A DNA stretch of 63,234 nt from a virus: the IMG/VR virus record IMGVR_UViG_3300045988_163731. One strand, 5' to 3'. Positions 27,594 through 38,725 of the stretch are shown piece by piece. The notes under the pieces were generated by a model. The model was not told where the DNA came from and made no database searches. It worked only from the letters and a program-made list of their open reading frames with translations. Made by a program: the position numbers and the translations under genes. Numbering within the stretch: the stretch's first letter is position 1; every line of letters begins with the position of its first letter.

Positions 27594-28463
27594 ATGAATG
27601 GTTGGGACATGTTCTATGATGGCGCAACTTCATTAGGCGGTAGAATTGCTGAAAATAAAAGAGAGGGTGAGCTTACCGCTGCGTTGCGCAAATTATTTGG
27701 TATGGATAAAAACAGTGGTAACGCCGCTGGCAACAATACGGCAACTAATGATAGTAATGGCAAGATAGACTACGACAATGCTATTGTTAATGGCTTCAAT
27801 CAGTTTACTGCTAATTCCGACAGTCCTTTTACACGGATGATGAGAGCAAATAGTGATGGTACTATTTACAATGTCGACCCAAATTCAGGGACAAAGCTAC
27901 AGGCAACACAGGCTTCTCCATACAATGCTAGTGCAGATTATGGTGTAGACCTTAACAATCCGTATTCTATGGCTATCATGAACGCCAAGAATGATTATGC
28001 TAGAGCACAGAAGCTAGGCGATGAAGCTGCCATGCTCCGTGCTAATGCTGCGGCTGAACAGGCAAGACAGCAGGCACAGGCAGCAGGACTACCACTCCAA
28101 TCTTTCTTGGCAACTAACAATGCCGATTATAACCAAGCAATTGCTATGCAAGATCAGCTAAGAGCAGCACAGGTGGCAGGTAATCAGGGGTTCAGCTATC
28201 AGGATTTGGCAAATGGCAAACTGCTGAATCCGCAAATGACCAATCCAACACAAGGAGTAGTCGAGCAGGCACCTACCAATGCAGGGACAGCACCGGCTAC
28301 CGCTGCCAAGGGTGTTATGACTCCAACAGTGGGCAACCAGCAGACTGTTCAGACACCAACAGCACCTAACACCTACGACATTCAGGCGGGGTGGAACTTG
28401 ATAAAGAACAGACAGAATGGCGGTAGTGCAAATCCTTTTCAGCTGGGGGTCAGGGGGTTTTAA
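27594..28463 (+). CDS. N/Q/A-rich putative internal virion protein
   Basis: RBS TAGGAGTGA before the ATG at 27594. Confidence 0.45.
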   Translation: MNGWDMFYDGATSLGGRIAENKREGELTAALRKLFGMDKNSGNAAGNNTATNDSNGKIDYDNAIVNGFNQFTANSDSPFTRMMRANSDGTIYNVDPNSGTKLQATQASPYNASADYGVDLNNPYSMAIMNAKNDYARAQKLGDEAAMLRANAAAEQARQQAQAAGLPLQSFLATNNADYNQAIAMQDQLRAAQVAGNQGFSYQDLANGKLLNPQMTNPTQGVVEQAPTNAGTAPATAAKGVMTPTVGNQQTVQTPTAPNTYDIQAGWNLIKNRQNGGSANPFQLGVRGF

Positions 28464-28498
28464 ACCCTCTCGACCCCAACTATAAGGCAAAGCTCATT

Positions 28499-29311
28499 TT
28501 GTCATTAAAGGATAAAGGCTTCTCTTATGCTGCCATAGACAAGGCATTGCAATTGTCTGGAGTAGACAGTCAGATTGCTTCTGCCCAAAAGGCTCAATAT
28601 CAGAATATATTCCTTAACGCCATGAGGCAGGGCGATTGGGGTAGCGCTGGCATGGCACTTGCTAATCTGGCAGGGATAGACAAGGCGGGTGCTTCAATGC
28701 TGGGAGCTTACTATCCGTCCTATAAGGATAACTGGGTAGAGGGCAATAAGCGTCAGGACGCTAAAACTAACTTCGGCTATCAGCAACGAATGGCAAAACA
28801 GAAGCATATCTATGGGCAGGAAGATATGCGAACGAAAGCTCAACTGCAAACTATGGCGAATGCTAAAATATTGCAGGATAAAGCCGCTATTGAACAAAAT
28901 GCCAAGCTGGCTTATGCAAAACAGTTGATTAGCATGGGTGTTCCACAGGAACAGGTAATGGCTATGTTGACTGGTGGGGCTAGAAAAACATCAACATCAT
29001 CGTCTGGCGGTAGAGCTAACAAAAATGAGACATATATTGACAATAGTGGCATGGTTCATTATGACAAAGACACTGATAAAGAAATGAGCACCATGCAGGA
29101 CGAGATTAATGGGCTCCAGTACGATATTAAACAGATACAGGGACCTGACGACCCACTCAGAGCAAGCACTGGTGATAAGCACGCAGAATTGCTAAAGAAG
29201 CTGGAGCTTCTACGTCCAAAAATAACAGATGATGATTATCGGACTATGTATGAAACTCTTTATGCACTAAATCAGCAAAGAGACTTAAATTCCGGCTTTA
29301 ATGCAAAATAA
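28499..29311 (+). CDS. Hypothetical virion protein (TTG start, uncertain)
   Basis: ORF directly upstream of the giant gene. Confidence 0.4.
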   Translation: MSLKDKGFSYAAIDKALQLSGVDSQIASAQKAQYQNIFLNAMRQGDWGSAGMALANLAGIDKAGASMLGAYYPSYKDNWVEGNKRQDAKTNFGYQQRMAKQKHIYGQEDMRTKAQLQTMANAKILQDKAAIEQNAKLAYAKQLISMGVPQEQVMAMLTGGARKTSTSSSGGRANKNETYIDNSGMVHYDKDTDKEMSTMQDEINGLQYDIKQIQGPDDPLRASTGDKHAELLKKLELLRPKITDDDYRTMYETLYALNQQRDLNSGFNAK

Positions 29312-29323
29312 GGAGGAAAGTTT

Positions 29324-32300
29324 ATGGCATACTCTAAATATGGTTTATCATTCAAAAATTTTACAGATAGTTATGGTGAATGGGAAGCTAATGGCGGTGT
29401 AGAACAGGCCAACAAAGCCATAGATTTTAAGAATCTACAAAACAATAGCTTTAATGTGCGTGGTTTACCAGGAGGCACTTTTGGCCAATCAGTAATAGAT
29501 AGTGCTCTTGGAGCAGCAGGCAATATTGATGATTTTCTTGGTGGGCCAACAGGACTTGGAGATTATGCCAATAACTATGTCACTGCACAGGAAATGGCTA
29601 TGGGCGAAAAGCCTGAAGCTGATTTCTCTTGGGACTATCTTATAAATGGCCTACCTCGTGATACCGGTAATCTGATAGGCTCTGGAATTGGTTTGGCTGC
29701 ACCTATCGCAGCTGCAACATTGGCAGCACCATTTGTTGGCGTTGGTGCTACTGCTGCTGGTATAGGTGGTGCACTTGCTGGAGCTGGACTGGAGTCTATG
29801 GCTGAGGGTGGTCAAAAAATGCGTGATTCCTTAGCCAATGGTGACTCTCTGGAAACAGCGCAGGATAAAGCAAGGACTGTAGCAGGCGAAAATATGGCGT
29901 TGCTTGCGCCTACAAACATTTTAGGACTGGGAGCGTTAAAGAAAGTAGGGCAGGGATTAAAGACTGCATATAATGGCGGTAAAGCCGTCTCTGCTACTGG
30001 TGGTGCATTAGCAAACTATCCTAAGTTATCACAGGCAGTTGACTTTGCAAAAGGTGCTGGCTGGGCAGGCCTTGGAGCGATGAACGAAGGTGCACAGGAA
30101 GCATGGCAGCAGGGTATTCAAGACAGCGTTGAGCCTGATACTGATTGGGGCATTTTGCCTTGGAATTGGAACGACGAACAGACAGAGGCTTTTGAATCCA
30201 CTATTGGGCCTACAGCTCTTATGGCTGGTGCTGGCGGTGGTGCTAGATTGGCAGCCCGAAAGCTGGGAATGTCTGATGTGCCACAGGTTGATACAGCTCC
30301 ACAGGTTAACAACAACCTCTTCGGTGCTGGCACTGCTGAAATTTCCACACAGGGAGCTGATATTGACGAGCAGGTAGCACACTTGAAAGACGGGTATCAG
30401 TCTGTTATTCCACAGGTTGCAGGTGTGCTGGTTAATGACTTTGGCATTGAGGGTGCTCAAATCTCTAGTGGTTTTAGAACCCGTGAACACAACAGGGAAG
30501 TAGGCGGTGTAGAGAACTCCAACCATGTTGGCGATGGTGAACATGGCGACGCTTTGGACATTGTTCTGCCTGATGGTGTTTCTGCTGAAACAGCAGAAGC
30601 AATCAAACAGAGATTTGAGAACAGTGGTGTATTTGACGAGGTATTGTTCCATGACGCTGGCAGTGGCTACCACCTGCATTTAGGCGGACTGAAAACAGAT
30701 AACATCGGCAACAGCTATGGCTCTTACTCCGGTGATGCTGATGTGGATTCTGCTATCAATGAAATGGCTGAGAAGTACAATCTTGACCCTGCACTATTGG
30801 CAGCAATAGCAGAGCAGGAAAGCGGATTCAATCAGTCTGCACAGTCAGGGGCAGGCGCAATGGGCATTATGCAGTTAATGCCTGACACTGCCGAGGGGCT
30901 AGGAGTGGACCCTAGCGACCTCCGAGGCAACTTAGAGGGTGGAGCAAAATATCTCCGTCAGATGTTGGATAAGTACGATGGTGATGTAGAAAAGGCCCTT
31001 GCTGCTTACAATGCTGGCCCTGGTAGTCTTGATAGCGTAAATGGGGATATTTCCCAGCTGTCAGGTGAAACACAGAAGTATATTCCCTCTGTCATGGAGC
31101 GGTATAATAAGTTCAAAAACAAATCAGGCGGTGGCATTAGCAGTAGTGGCAATATCCTTGATTGGGACTCTACCAATGAGGACTTTTCCAAGCTGGACTT
31201 CTTCCCTAAAGATGGTGAGCAGTCACAGGGGACAGTCAATGAGTTCCTTGAAAACCTTGCCAAGCTGGAGGAAAGTGACGATAAGGCCACCAAGGAAAAG
31301 GGCAGACAGGCACAGGATATTCTACAGCAGTATGGTGATGATACTGAAAAGCTGACAGAAAAGGCTAAGGAATTAGGCTATCAGCAGATAGTAGACCCAG
31401 CAGAGGTACATGGCCGTATTCCTATGAGGCGCATTGTGTCTACAGCTCTGGACAAGGGGCAGGTAACATTTGCCACCAAAAAGGCTGCTGATATTTTCGC
31501 TTCTTCTCCTATCGGCCAGACTATGGAACGGCAGGGGAAAACATTTAAGGTTACTGACAATTTCAAGATGAATGAGCAGGTCAACGCTATTAGTCAGCAG
31601 GTTTATTCTGACAATACAGCTAGGACCAAAACTGTCAAAAATGGTGTTATGGCGGATGCTGCGGCTGCAAATAGAGAACTAAATGGGCAGGCAAGACCTC
31701 CTATCCAGCAAAACGATTCTGTGCTTACTGATGAGGATAGGGGTAGACTCATCAGTGTTATGCCTAATCTGCCACCACAGGTACAACAGCAAATACAGGA
31801 AGCTCTTGCTGAGAACGACATAAAGTCTGTACGCCAGTTGCTTGATGAAGCGACTAATAGCACACCTCTAAACGCTGAAACAGATATTGAAAAAGCAAAA
31901 GCTATAACGAGAGCCTTACTGCAAAATCCAGAAGCAACAACCAGCTGGGACGGCAACGGGGCTGTTAGAACTGCTGCTATAGAGGGATTTATCAACAGCA
32001 ATAATTTAGATGGACTGAATCGTGCTAACAAATACATGGCTCAAAACCTGCGTGACAAAGGCATCAACCCGCTGGAGGTATTGAATCAGAATATAGAAAA
32101 GCCAAACACTTTACCAGCTGTGCAGGGGGAGCGTATGCCATCTACCGATGTACAGCGTGAAGAACCTGCCATTGAGGGAACAGTGGAAGATACTGTCATT
32201 ACTCCTCCGTATAATGGCAATGAGGTAAAAGTTAATAAAGGCGAGCATAACTACTATAAGTGGTTAAGACAAAATGGCTTTGCCCAGCAGGATAGGGCAC

Positions 32301-35300
32301 CAGAAGGCGCACCACAGCTAGCAGAAAACAAAGAATCCACTGGCACGAATAGTGAAAATCAGACCAATTCCCCAACAAGCAAAAATACTGAAATAGAACT
32401 TGCAGATGGATATTCAACTGAATCTGGCAAACCTCTTAATGAAGCAAATGAGCGAGAGTTCATTGTGAAACCTGATGGGAGCAAGGATTTTGGTGAGATT
32501 TCAAGCGATATTTCAGAAGCTACTCATGGTGCGTTAAAATCAGCTCCTATACGGCTACAAGTAGGCAATGAAGTTTTTGGGTATATTCATCTGCTTAAAC
32601 ATGCTAGCCAAATGAAACAAAAAGGATATGATGTGATGGGTTACATCAATCATATCCTAAATAATTTCAATCAAATATACAGCCAGCAAAGTGATAAAAA
32701 GCCAAACCGTTTTGTATTATATTGCAAAGATGATTCAAAAGGCTTTATGCCTATAGACTTGGAATTTGAAAAAGGAAGCGATGATTACTATACGATAGTA
32801 TCTGCAATGCCACATAGAGCAAAAATAAAAGGAACATTGCTCTATGATGGGAGTGCAAATCCATCTATCGCTACCACCGGCGATACCCTTCTTGCAGAGG
32901 CTGACAATAAAGGTGGAGTCAGCAACACTGCGAACACGCATGGGAAGAACAATGTTCCTTCTTCTACCTCTACTATACCACAGAATCAGGATAAGGGCAA
33001 TGAAAATCCTAATGCTTCTAATGAGCCAATGCGTAAGGAACTTATAGAGCAGGCTGCTGCCAATGAAGATACCTGGGTAAATAGCAAGAAAAGCGAGCTT
33101 CACCTTGAAGATGATAACGATACTGTTGTCAAACTCACTCCACAGGAACTGAAATATTATCAAGACTTGATAAAAAAAGGTGTGGTAGCAAAGCCTGAAC
33201 TGTACGAGGAAGCCCAAGAAGATGTTGGCGAAATGGACGACAATGTGGAGATGTCTAAAGAGCAAAAGCAACTCTATGACGAAAGTAGCGACGATAGGGA
33301 TATGCCAAGTGTTGAAGATGAGGCAGAACCTACAGCTGATGAACCACGCACTAAATATAGTAGGGAGAAAAGTCCTGTTGACAAAAAAAAGCCTACTCAC
33401 CATAATGTAGAGTGTAGGGATGTAAAGGAACAAGCGAAACGTTATGTCCAGAGCAGACTTGATAACGGTGCATTAAAAACACTCAAACCGACTGATGATG
33501 TAAATACTGCTATTGAAAAGATTATTGCTCCTATAAAAAGGGAAGTTGATAATCAAGCTGCTAGGTATTTAGAAACTGGCCATGAGCCAGAATATTATCA
33601 GGCTCGTTTAAATATGATTAATTATTACAAGCAACTTGTTGATGAAATAAGGAGGGATTTCAATGCAGGTGATAGACAGTCTGATGTCTACGGACGAGTT
33701 ATTAACGATACTTGGTTCAAACAATCCGCAGGAGAGGGAAGCAACCTCCGAAAAAGTGTTCAAAAGAGAAATGCAGAGATTGAAACACGAGAAGATGAAA
33801 ACTCAGGAGTAAATTCATCCTCTGCAAAAACGGGCAAGACATATGAGAATTATAACCCTAAAACACAAAAGGTATTAGATATGATGTATAAGCACTCTTC
33901 ACGTGATAAGAGTGCTTTTTCTATTGAGCCTATAAATCCACATTCTGCCGAAGCTCAAAAGGAGAACGGCAACAGCAACACTGAACTTGATAGGTTGCCA
34001 AAGGTGCCTATTGCCAAGCTCCGCCAGAGCGAGCAAAGGATTGTCAGATTTGGTAAAGCTATTGGTGTGCCTGTCCATTTTGTTGAGTCAAACGAAACGA
34101 CTAATCGTGGTGTATTCACCCACAATGGTGAAATCTTCATTAACCGCAAGGCAACGGTTCCAGCTCATTCTATCTTTGTACATGAGTTTGTGCATTGGCT
34201 AAAGGCCAGCCCTGAAAATGCTGGTGCATATGATGTGCTTCATGCGTGCTTGGAGAACTCTAGCGGGCTTTTCAATGAGGCACGAATCAATAAGTATCGG
34301 AATAAAATTTTCGATGGCAATAAGATGACTGACGAGGAAATAGTGGAGGAGATTATCTGCGACGCTATGACACAAACCGAGTCAGCCGAAAAGTTAATGC
34401 GTGCTGTTAATAATGTTGATGGTAGCCTTGTCACTAGGATTGCTGGCTGTCTAAAGGCTATGTGGGATAAGTTCTGCGAGTACATGAATTTCAAGCAGCA
34501 TAAAATGAGCAATGAACAGCAGCTGCCAAATGAGTTATCAGTAGCAGAGTTCCAGAGAGCTGATACAGCTTTCAACAAAATTCTGATGAATCTGAAAAAC
34601 GATAATGGCGAGCCTGTATTCCATCGGGTAGGCACAGAGCTTTTGCTGCGTGACAACAACGCAAAGCCTGCAGATACATACCAGCTAAACCCTATCAGCT
34701 ATACTTATGCAGTTGCATACTCCAAGGAAAATAAGGACAATAAGCCTATTGATGAAAAGGCAAAAAACATTCAAAATGAGTATGAGGAGTTATCCGATGA
34801 AGATAAAAAAATCATTGATGACAAAGTGCAAAAACGGCTAGCTGTATTTCAGAATACAGTAGCTGAGAAGATAAGGCAGTCATTCTTAGAACGCTTTACT
34901 GACAGTGATAAGAATTTATCGATTCAGGAATTAAAGAACGATAGTAGAGAACGTGAATGTTTACGAGTATTGTATGAACAATCAAGTAGATATAGTGGCA
35001 AGGTAAGTAATTATAAGGAAGCCCTCCATACATTAGTACCGTGGTATGATACCAATGGGAAAAGTAGGGACCAATTAGTAGAGGATTATAATAGGTTTAA
35101 ACGGCTAGCAGAGGAGATGTTGAATTATGGAACATACACCTTTACCGAACTCTGTAGACAATTTTGCGGACGCGGCAGAGATAATGTTATTAAAAATTCT
35201 GGAAGAAATGTCGAATCAGACCGCGACCTCGAACGCAGAACAAAAGCAACCAAAGGCTTAAGGCAACTGTTCTTAGAGCAGGAGCTAAATAATCTAAAAC

Positions 35301-38300
35301 GTGACAAGCACTCTGAACAGGGTGCTTTTTCTAATGGCAACAAATATTCCCGTGGTGTTGACCTTAGCCCATCGACTGATGGTGTGGCTATTGCTGCCAG
35401 AGCCAACAATAATCTTGTGGCCAACATGAAAGGCATTGTCAAAAAGGCAAATGCCAAGTTTAATCCATTCCACCATGAGGAGCTGGAAAACCTGCGTATT
35501 GATAAGCGTGACGAGAAGAAAGACCTTAACCTTATTGAGTATCAGTTTGTTTCCCCGACCAGGGAGAGCAAGAAGTACAAAGTTATCCAGCCGTTTGTTA
35601 TGAAAGGCAAGCAGGCTATGGCCAAGCAGGAAAAGCTAAGGTTCGAGTTCAATGAGGGCATGAACGAACTTGATAGGCTGCTAGGCTGGCGAGAGGGATT
35701 CCATCGGAATGACCCTAAGTTCAAAGAGCGAAAGGAAGCCCTGAACGAAATACTGTTAAAGGGCGACCTAGAGAGAAAGAATTTCACCAATAAAGAATTA
35801 ATTGAGGCTGGCTATGACGCTGAAACCATCAAGGGCTACCGCAAAATGAGAGCACTCCTGGATAAGGCTTGGAAACTTGCCAATGACATCAAGTCAAGAA
35901 TCAAGTATCAGAGCATAACCAGCTCCACCCTGCGCCGTGCCGAGGCTGATTTTGCAGACTTAAAGGATAAGAACCCATTTGCTGAAATCATCAGCAAGGT
36001 ACACAATCCTGATGGAACTGTGACCATTAACTACAAGGCACCTCATGTAAGGCGTGTGGCAAAGCAGACTGTGCTGCCATCCGAGCTGGAAAACCTCCGC
36101 AAGAACAAAGATGTTCACATTGTGGAAACCACCCAGAGCCTAAAGGGGACTACACAGGTAACTTACTATCAGCGTGAAGCAGGCATGGGCAAATTAGAGG
36201 GATATATCCCTCATATCTTCCACGGCTGGTATGTCTGCAAGGTAGACAAGGACGGCAAGGCCATTGTAGACAAGGACGGCAATGTAGCTATGGATAATAT
36301 CATGACTACAGCCAATTCCCTGTCAGAAGCAGCCAAGCTAGGGCGTGAGCTTGCCAAGGAAAACCCTAACGCTAACTATCGTGTTGTTCCACAGACGTTC
36401 AGCGCACCTGGGGCACAAGAACAGGCTATTGTCATGGGTGACTTTGACTATGCCAAGATAGTAGGCAAAGTGGCTGACTCTATGTCCATGAGTATAACTG
36501 ACGCTCAGGCAATGCTTGATAACACTGTCAAGATGAAAAATCGTGGCAGGTTCTATGGCTATGCTAAACAGCGTAAGGGCTTCAAGGGATTCGAGCAGAA
36601 TGTTTACCTTGCCACTATGAAGTATTTCAACCAGACTGCACGCTATGCAGCTATGGACTCTTTCAAGAGGGATTCCATTAGTATGTATAACCGCATTTTT
36701 GGAGCCTTTGACGATGAGAATGTAACAAAGAGAAGTGCTATGGCCAAGTGGACCAAGCAGTATATCAGTGATATGAATGGTACTCCAACTTGGATTGAGA
36801 AGATGATAAATAACACCTTGCACAATTTCGGGTTGGGCGAGGAGAGAGCAGGGGGCAGACCTGCCTTGTGGTTACAGCAAAAAATCTTCACATATCCTAT
36901 GACCATTCTAAAGCTGGGTGTATTTAACCCGTCCTCTGCCCTGCTGAACCTCACACAGCTCTTTAACCTTTATGGAGCTATGGGAGAAAAGGTACTTAGC
37001 CCACAGGCCTACCAGCGACTCCTACACAAAGGATTTGCTGATACATTCAGGGCAATGAACAATAAGGATAGTGAGCTGGGCAAGTTGCTATGGAAAGACC
37101 TTGGCCTTGATTACCAGATTGGCATGGATATAGCCTCTGGTTATTCCAATGCAGAGGTCAACAACCTTGCTTCCCTGCGAGGTTTTGCAGGTCGTTTGGC
37201 TGGCAAGTCTATGTATTTGTTCAGACAGACCGATGCCTTTGCCAGAGGTGTTACCTTACTGACAGCCTATAACAAGGCGTTAGACGAGGGTAAGAGCAAA
37301 GCAGAGGCCATTGAGTATGCCAAGGAGATAAACGACAAGGTAAACTTTGATGGCTCTGTTGCCGACGAGCCTACCATATTCAGAGCACTTGGCCCAATAT
37401 CCAAGGTTTTCTTGCAGTTCAAAAAATACCCTGTTAAGCAGTTAGAATTGTTCCAGGACTTCTACCTTGATGGCAGGGAACTTGGACTCAACCGCAAGCA
37501 GTCATGGATGCGAATGGCGAAATACATGGCACCATATATGGCAATGTCAGGCATGATGGGTATTCCGTTTGTCAGCCTAGCTAACGGATTGTTCTCCTAC
37601 CTTACAGGTATTTTTATCGGTGATGATGATTGGGATTGGGAGAAGAAAATTAAACAGTTCATGATTACGGAGTTTGGCGAGGACTGTCCTTTGACTCAGT
37701 GGTGGTTGTATGGTGCAGGTTCTTTCATTGGGCTAAACCTTGGCAGCCGTGTAGGTGTTGGCGATTTCTTAGGCTCCGACTCTTACAACTCCGCTGACGG
37801 ATTGGCTGGCCTTGCGTGGAATCAGACCACTCTTGGCTCCACTGTTAATCAGGTGCTAAAGCAGATGTCTTACCGCAATTATGCGGAAGCTCTAAAGGCT
37901 GTTAATCCTACTATGGGTAACATCGTACAGGCATACAAGGGCGAGGTTAGAACCACTAGAGGCCGTATGAAGTATCAGTATCAGAATATGGCTGAAAGAA
38001 TGTGGCGGGCCATTGGCTTTACTCCACTCAATGAAACTTTGGCTGGCGACCTTGCAAGCAATGAGTATGCTGAAAAGCAGGAGCAGACCAAGGCAAAGCA
38101 GGAAGCTGTAGATGATTTCTTAGCAAATCCAAGCAGTGAAAATGCTGACAGACTGAATGAGCTGGGTGTTACTCCAAAATCCTTGGAGAATGAATCAGCC
38201 AGACGGACAATGAACCGCCATCAGCTGAATGAGTTAGCTAAGGAAAAGGAAGCAGCAAAGAAAAAGAAGAAACCAAAGACATACTCTGCCAGCGATTACT

Positions 38301-38317
38301 TAAAAGCTGTGCAATAA
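29324..38317 (+). CDS. Giant (2997 aa) multidomain virion-associated protein. Carries a Gly-rich hydrophobic N-terminus, a Peptidase_M15-like domain, an SLT lytic-transglycosylase domain, and a central HExxH zincin-like motif.
   Basis: RBS AAGGAGGAAAG before the ATG. The M15 motifs are SGFRTREHN...HVGDGEHGDALDIV. The SLT motif is AIAEQESGFNQSAQSGAGAMGIMQLMPDTA. The zincin motif is IFVHEFVHWL. The ORF is unbroken. Confidence 0.8.
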   Translation: MAYSKYGLSFKNFTDSYGEWEANGGVEQANKAIDFKNLQNNSFNVRGLPGGTFGQSVIDSALGAAGNIDDFLGGPTGLGDYANNYVTAQEMAMGEKPEADFSWDYLINGLPRDTGNLIGSGIGLAAPIAAATLAAPFVGVGATAAGIGGALAGAGLESMAEGGQKMRDSLANGDSLETAQDKARTVAGENMALLAPTNILGLGALKKVGQGLKTAYNGGKAVSATGGALANYPKLSQAVDFAKGAGWAGLGAMNEGAQEAWQQGIQDSVEPDTDWGILPWNWNDEQTEAFESTIGPTALMAGAGGGARLAARKLGMSDVPQVDTAPQVNNNLFGAGTAEISTQGADIDEQVAHLKDGYQSVIPQVAGVLVNDFGIEGAQISSGFRTREHNREVGGVENSNHVGDGEHGDALDIVLPDGVSAETAEAIKQRFENSGVFDEVLFHDAGSGYHLHLGGLKTDNIGNSYGSYSGDADVDSAINEMAEKYNLDPALLAAIAEQESGFNQSAQSGAGAMGIMQLMPDTAEGLGVDPSDLRGNLEGGAKYLRQMLDKYDGDVEKALAAYNAGPGSLDSVNGDISQLSGETQKYIPSVMERYNKFKNKSGGGISSSGNILDWDSTNEDFSKLDFFPKDGEQSQGTVNEFLENLAKLEESDDKATKEKGRQAQDILQQYGDDTEKLTEKAKELGYQQIVDPAEVHGRIPMRRIVSTALDKGQVTFATKKAADIFASSPIGQTMERQGKTFKVTDNFKMNEQVNAISQQVYSDNTARTKTVKNGVMADAAAANRELNGQARPPIQQNDSVLTDEDRGRLISVMPNLPPQVQQQIQEALAENDIKSVRQLLDEATNSTPLNAETDIEKAKAITRALLQNPEATTSWDGNGAVRTAAIEGFINSNNLDGLNRANKYMAQNLRDKGINPLEVLNQNIEKPNTLPAVQGERMPSTDVQREEPAIEGTVEDTVITPPYNGNEVKVNKGEHNYYKWLRQNGFAQQDRAPEGAPQLAENKESTGTNSENQTNSPTSKNTEIELADGYSTESGKPLNEANEREFIVKPDGSKDFGEISSDISEATHGALKSAPIRLQVGNEVFGYIHLLKHASQMKQKGYDVMGYINHILNNFNQIYSQQSDKKPNRFVLYCKDDSKGFMPIDLEFEKGSDDYYTIVSAMPHRAKIKGTLLYDGSANPSIATTGDTLLAEADNKGGVSNTANTHGKNNVPSSTSTIPQNQDKGNENPNASNEPMRKELIEQAAANEDTWVNSKKSELHLEDDNDTVVKLTPQELKYYQDLIKKGVVAKPELYEEAQEDVGEMDDNVEMSKEQKQLYDESSDDRDMPSVEDEAEPTADEPRTKYSREKSPVDKKKPTHHNVECRDVKEQAKRYVQSRLDNGALKTLKPTDDVNTAIEKIIAPIKREVDNQAARYLETGHEPEYYQARLNMINYYKQLVDEIRRDFNAGDRQSDVYGRVINDTWFKQSAGEGSNLRKSVQKRNAEIETREDENSGVNSSSAKTGKTYENYNPKTQKVLDMMYKHSSRDKSAFSIEPINPHSAEAQKENGNSNTELDRLPKVPIAKLRQSEQRIVRFGKAIGVPVHFVESNETTNRGVFTHNGEIFINRKATVPAHSIFVHEFVHWLKASPENAGAYDVLHACLENSSGLFNEARINKYRNKIFDGNKMTDEEIVEEIICDAMTQTESAEKLMRAVNNVDGSLVTRIAGCLKAMWDKFCEYMNFKQHKMSNEQQLPNELSVAEFQRADTAFNKILMNLKNDNGEPVFHRVGTELLLRDNNAKPADTYQLNPISYTYAVAYSKENKDNKPIDEKAKNIQNEYEELSDEDKKIIDDKVQKRLAVFQNTVAEKIRQSFLERFTDSDKNLSIQELKNDSRERECLRVLYEQSSRYSGKVSNYKEALHTLVPWYDTNGKSRDQLVEDYNRFKRLAEEMLNYGTYTFTELCRQFCGRGRDNVIKNSGRNVESDRDLERRTKATKGLRQLFLEQELNNLKRDKHSEQGAFSNGNKYSRGVDLSPSTDGVAIAARANNNLVANMKGIVKKANAKFNPFHHEELENLRIDKRDEKKDLNLIEYQFVSPTRESKKYKVIQPFVMKGKQAMAKQEKLRFEFNEGMNELDRLLGWREGFHRNDPKFKERKEALNEILLKGDLERKNFTNKELIEAGYDAETIKGYRKMRALLDKAWKLANDIKSRIKYQSITSSTLRRAEADFADLKDKNPFAEIISKVHNPDGTVTINYKAPHVRRVAKQTVLPSELENLRKNKDVHIVETTQSLKGTTQVTYYQREAGMGKLEGYIPHIFHGWYVCKVDKDGKAIVDKDGNVAMDNIMTTANSLSEAAKLGRELAKENPNANYRVVPQTFSAPGAQEQAIVMGDFDYAKIVGKVADSMSMSITDAQAMLDNTVKMKNRGRFYGYAKQRKGFKGFEQNVYLATMKYFNQTARYAAMDSFKRDSISMYNRIFGAFDDENVTKRSAMAKWTKQYISDMNGTPTWIEKMINNTLHNFGLGEERAGGRPALWLQQKIFTYPMTILKLGVFNPSSALLNLTQLFNLYGAMGEKVLSPQAYQRLLHKGFADTFRAMNNKDSELGKLLWKDLGLDYQIGMDIASGYSNAEVNNLASLRGFAGRLAGKSMYLFRQTDAFARGVTLLTAYNKALDEGKSKAEAIEYAKEINDKVNFDGSVADEPTIFRALGPISKVFLQFKKYPVKQLELFQDFYLDGRELGLNRKQSWMRMAKYMAPYMAMSGMMGIPFVSLANGLFSYLTGIFIGDDDWDWEKKIKQFMITEFGEDCPLTQWWLYGAGSFIGLNLGSRVGVGDFLGSDSYNSADGLAGLAWNQTTLGSTVNQVLKQMSYRNYAEALKAVNPTMGNIVQAYKGEVRTTRGRMKYQYQNMAERMWRAIGFTPLNETLAGDLASNEYAEKQEQTKAKQEAVDDFLANPSSENADRLNELGVTPKSLENESARRTMNRHQLNELAKEKEAAKKKKKPKTYSASDYLKAVQ

Positions 38318-38319
38318 AA

Positions 38320-38356
38320 AAGAGGGCTAGGAGAAATCCTAGCCCTTTATTTTTAT
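38320..38356. terminator. Strong bidirectional terminator at the end of the late operon
   Basis: AGGGCTAGGA-GAAA-TCCTAGCCCT, with TTATTTTTAT after it and AAAAA before it. Confidence 0.65.
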
Positions 38357-38724
38357 GAAATTTTTACTTTTCTATTTAGTTCCATGTAGCAGAACTTCCA
38401 TTGGCTGCCATCTTGCAGAGGGAATCTTAACTCACTGACCGCATTTACGACCACGGTATGTATGATGGGATAGAGCTGCAAAGTCATTTTGCTAACAGAT
38501 AGCAGTTTGATGATTTGATTGTTTTTACAATTCAGCATACCAGGAGAATTAAGAAGTTCTTTAAACATATTCATAGTGAACAAAAATGATAGTGGCAATA
38601 CACACATTCCTAGAAAAAAACTAGATGTTATGTTTTGCGTTCGCTGGTAGGCCTTTAAAAAACCAGCTATGTAGATTGCTACAACAATCAGCAAAGCAAG
38701 ATACACGCAAACTTCTTTCAACAT
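38353..38724 (-). CDS. Membrane protein (about 3 TM spans), unknown function
   Basis: Minus-strand RBS AAAAGGAGGGGTTGAG-ATG supports the start at 38724. Overlaps the upstream gene by 4 nt. Confidence 0.5.
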   Translation of the reverse strand: MLKEVCVYLALLIVVAIYIAGFLKAYQRTQNITSSFFLGMCVLPLSFLFTMNMFKELLNSPGMLNCKNNQIIKLLSVSKMTLQLYPIIHTVVVNAVSELRFPLQDGSQWKFCYMELNRKVKIS

Positions 38725-38725
38725 C

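Noticed and set aside
30029-30679. 216-aa minus-strand ORF, plus further antisense ORFs at 31006-32037 and 32735-33433
   Set aside because: All are antisense to the giant gene 29324-38317, which has strong domain signatures.
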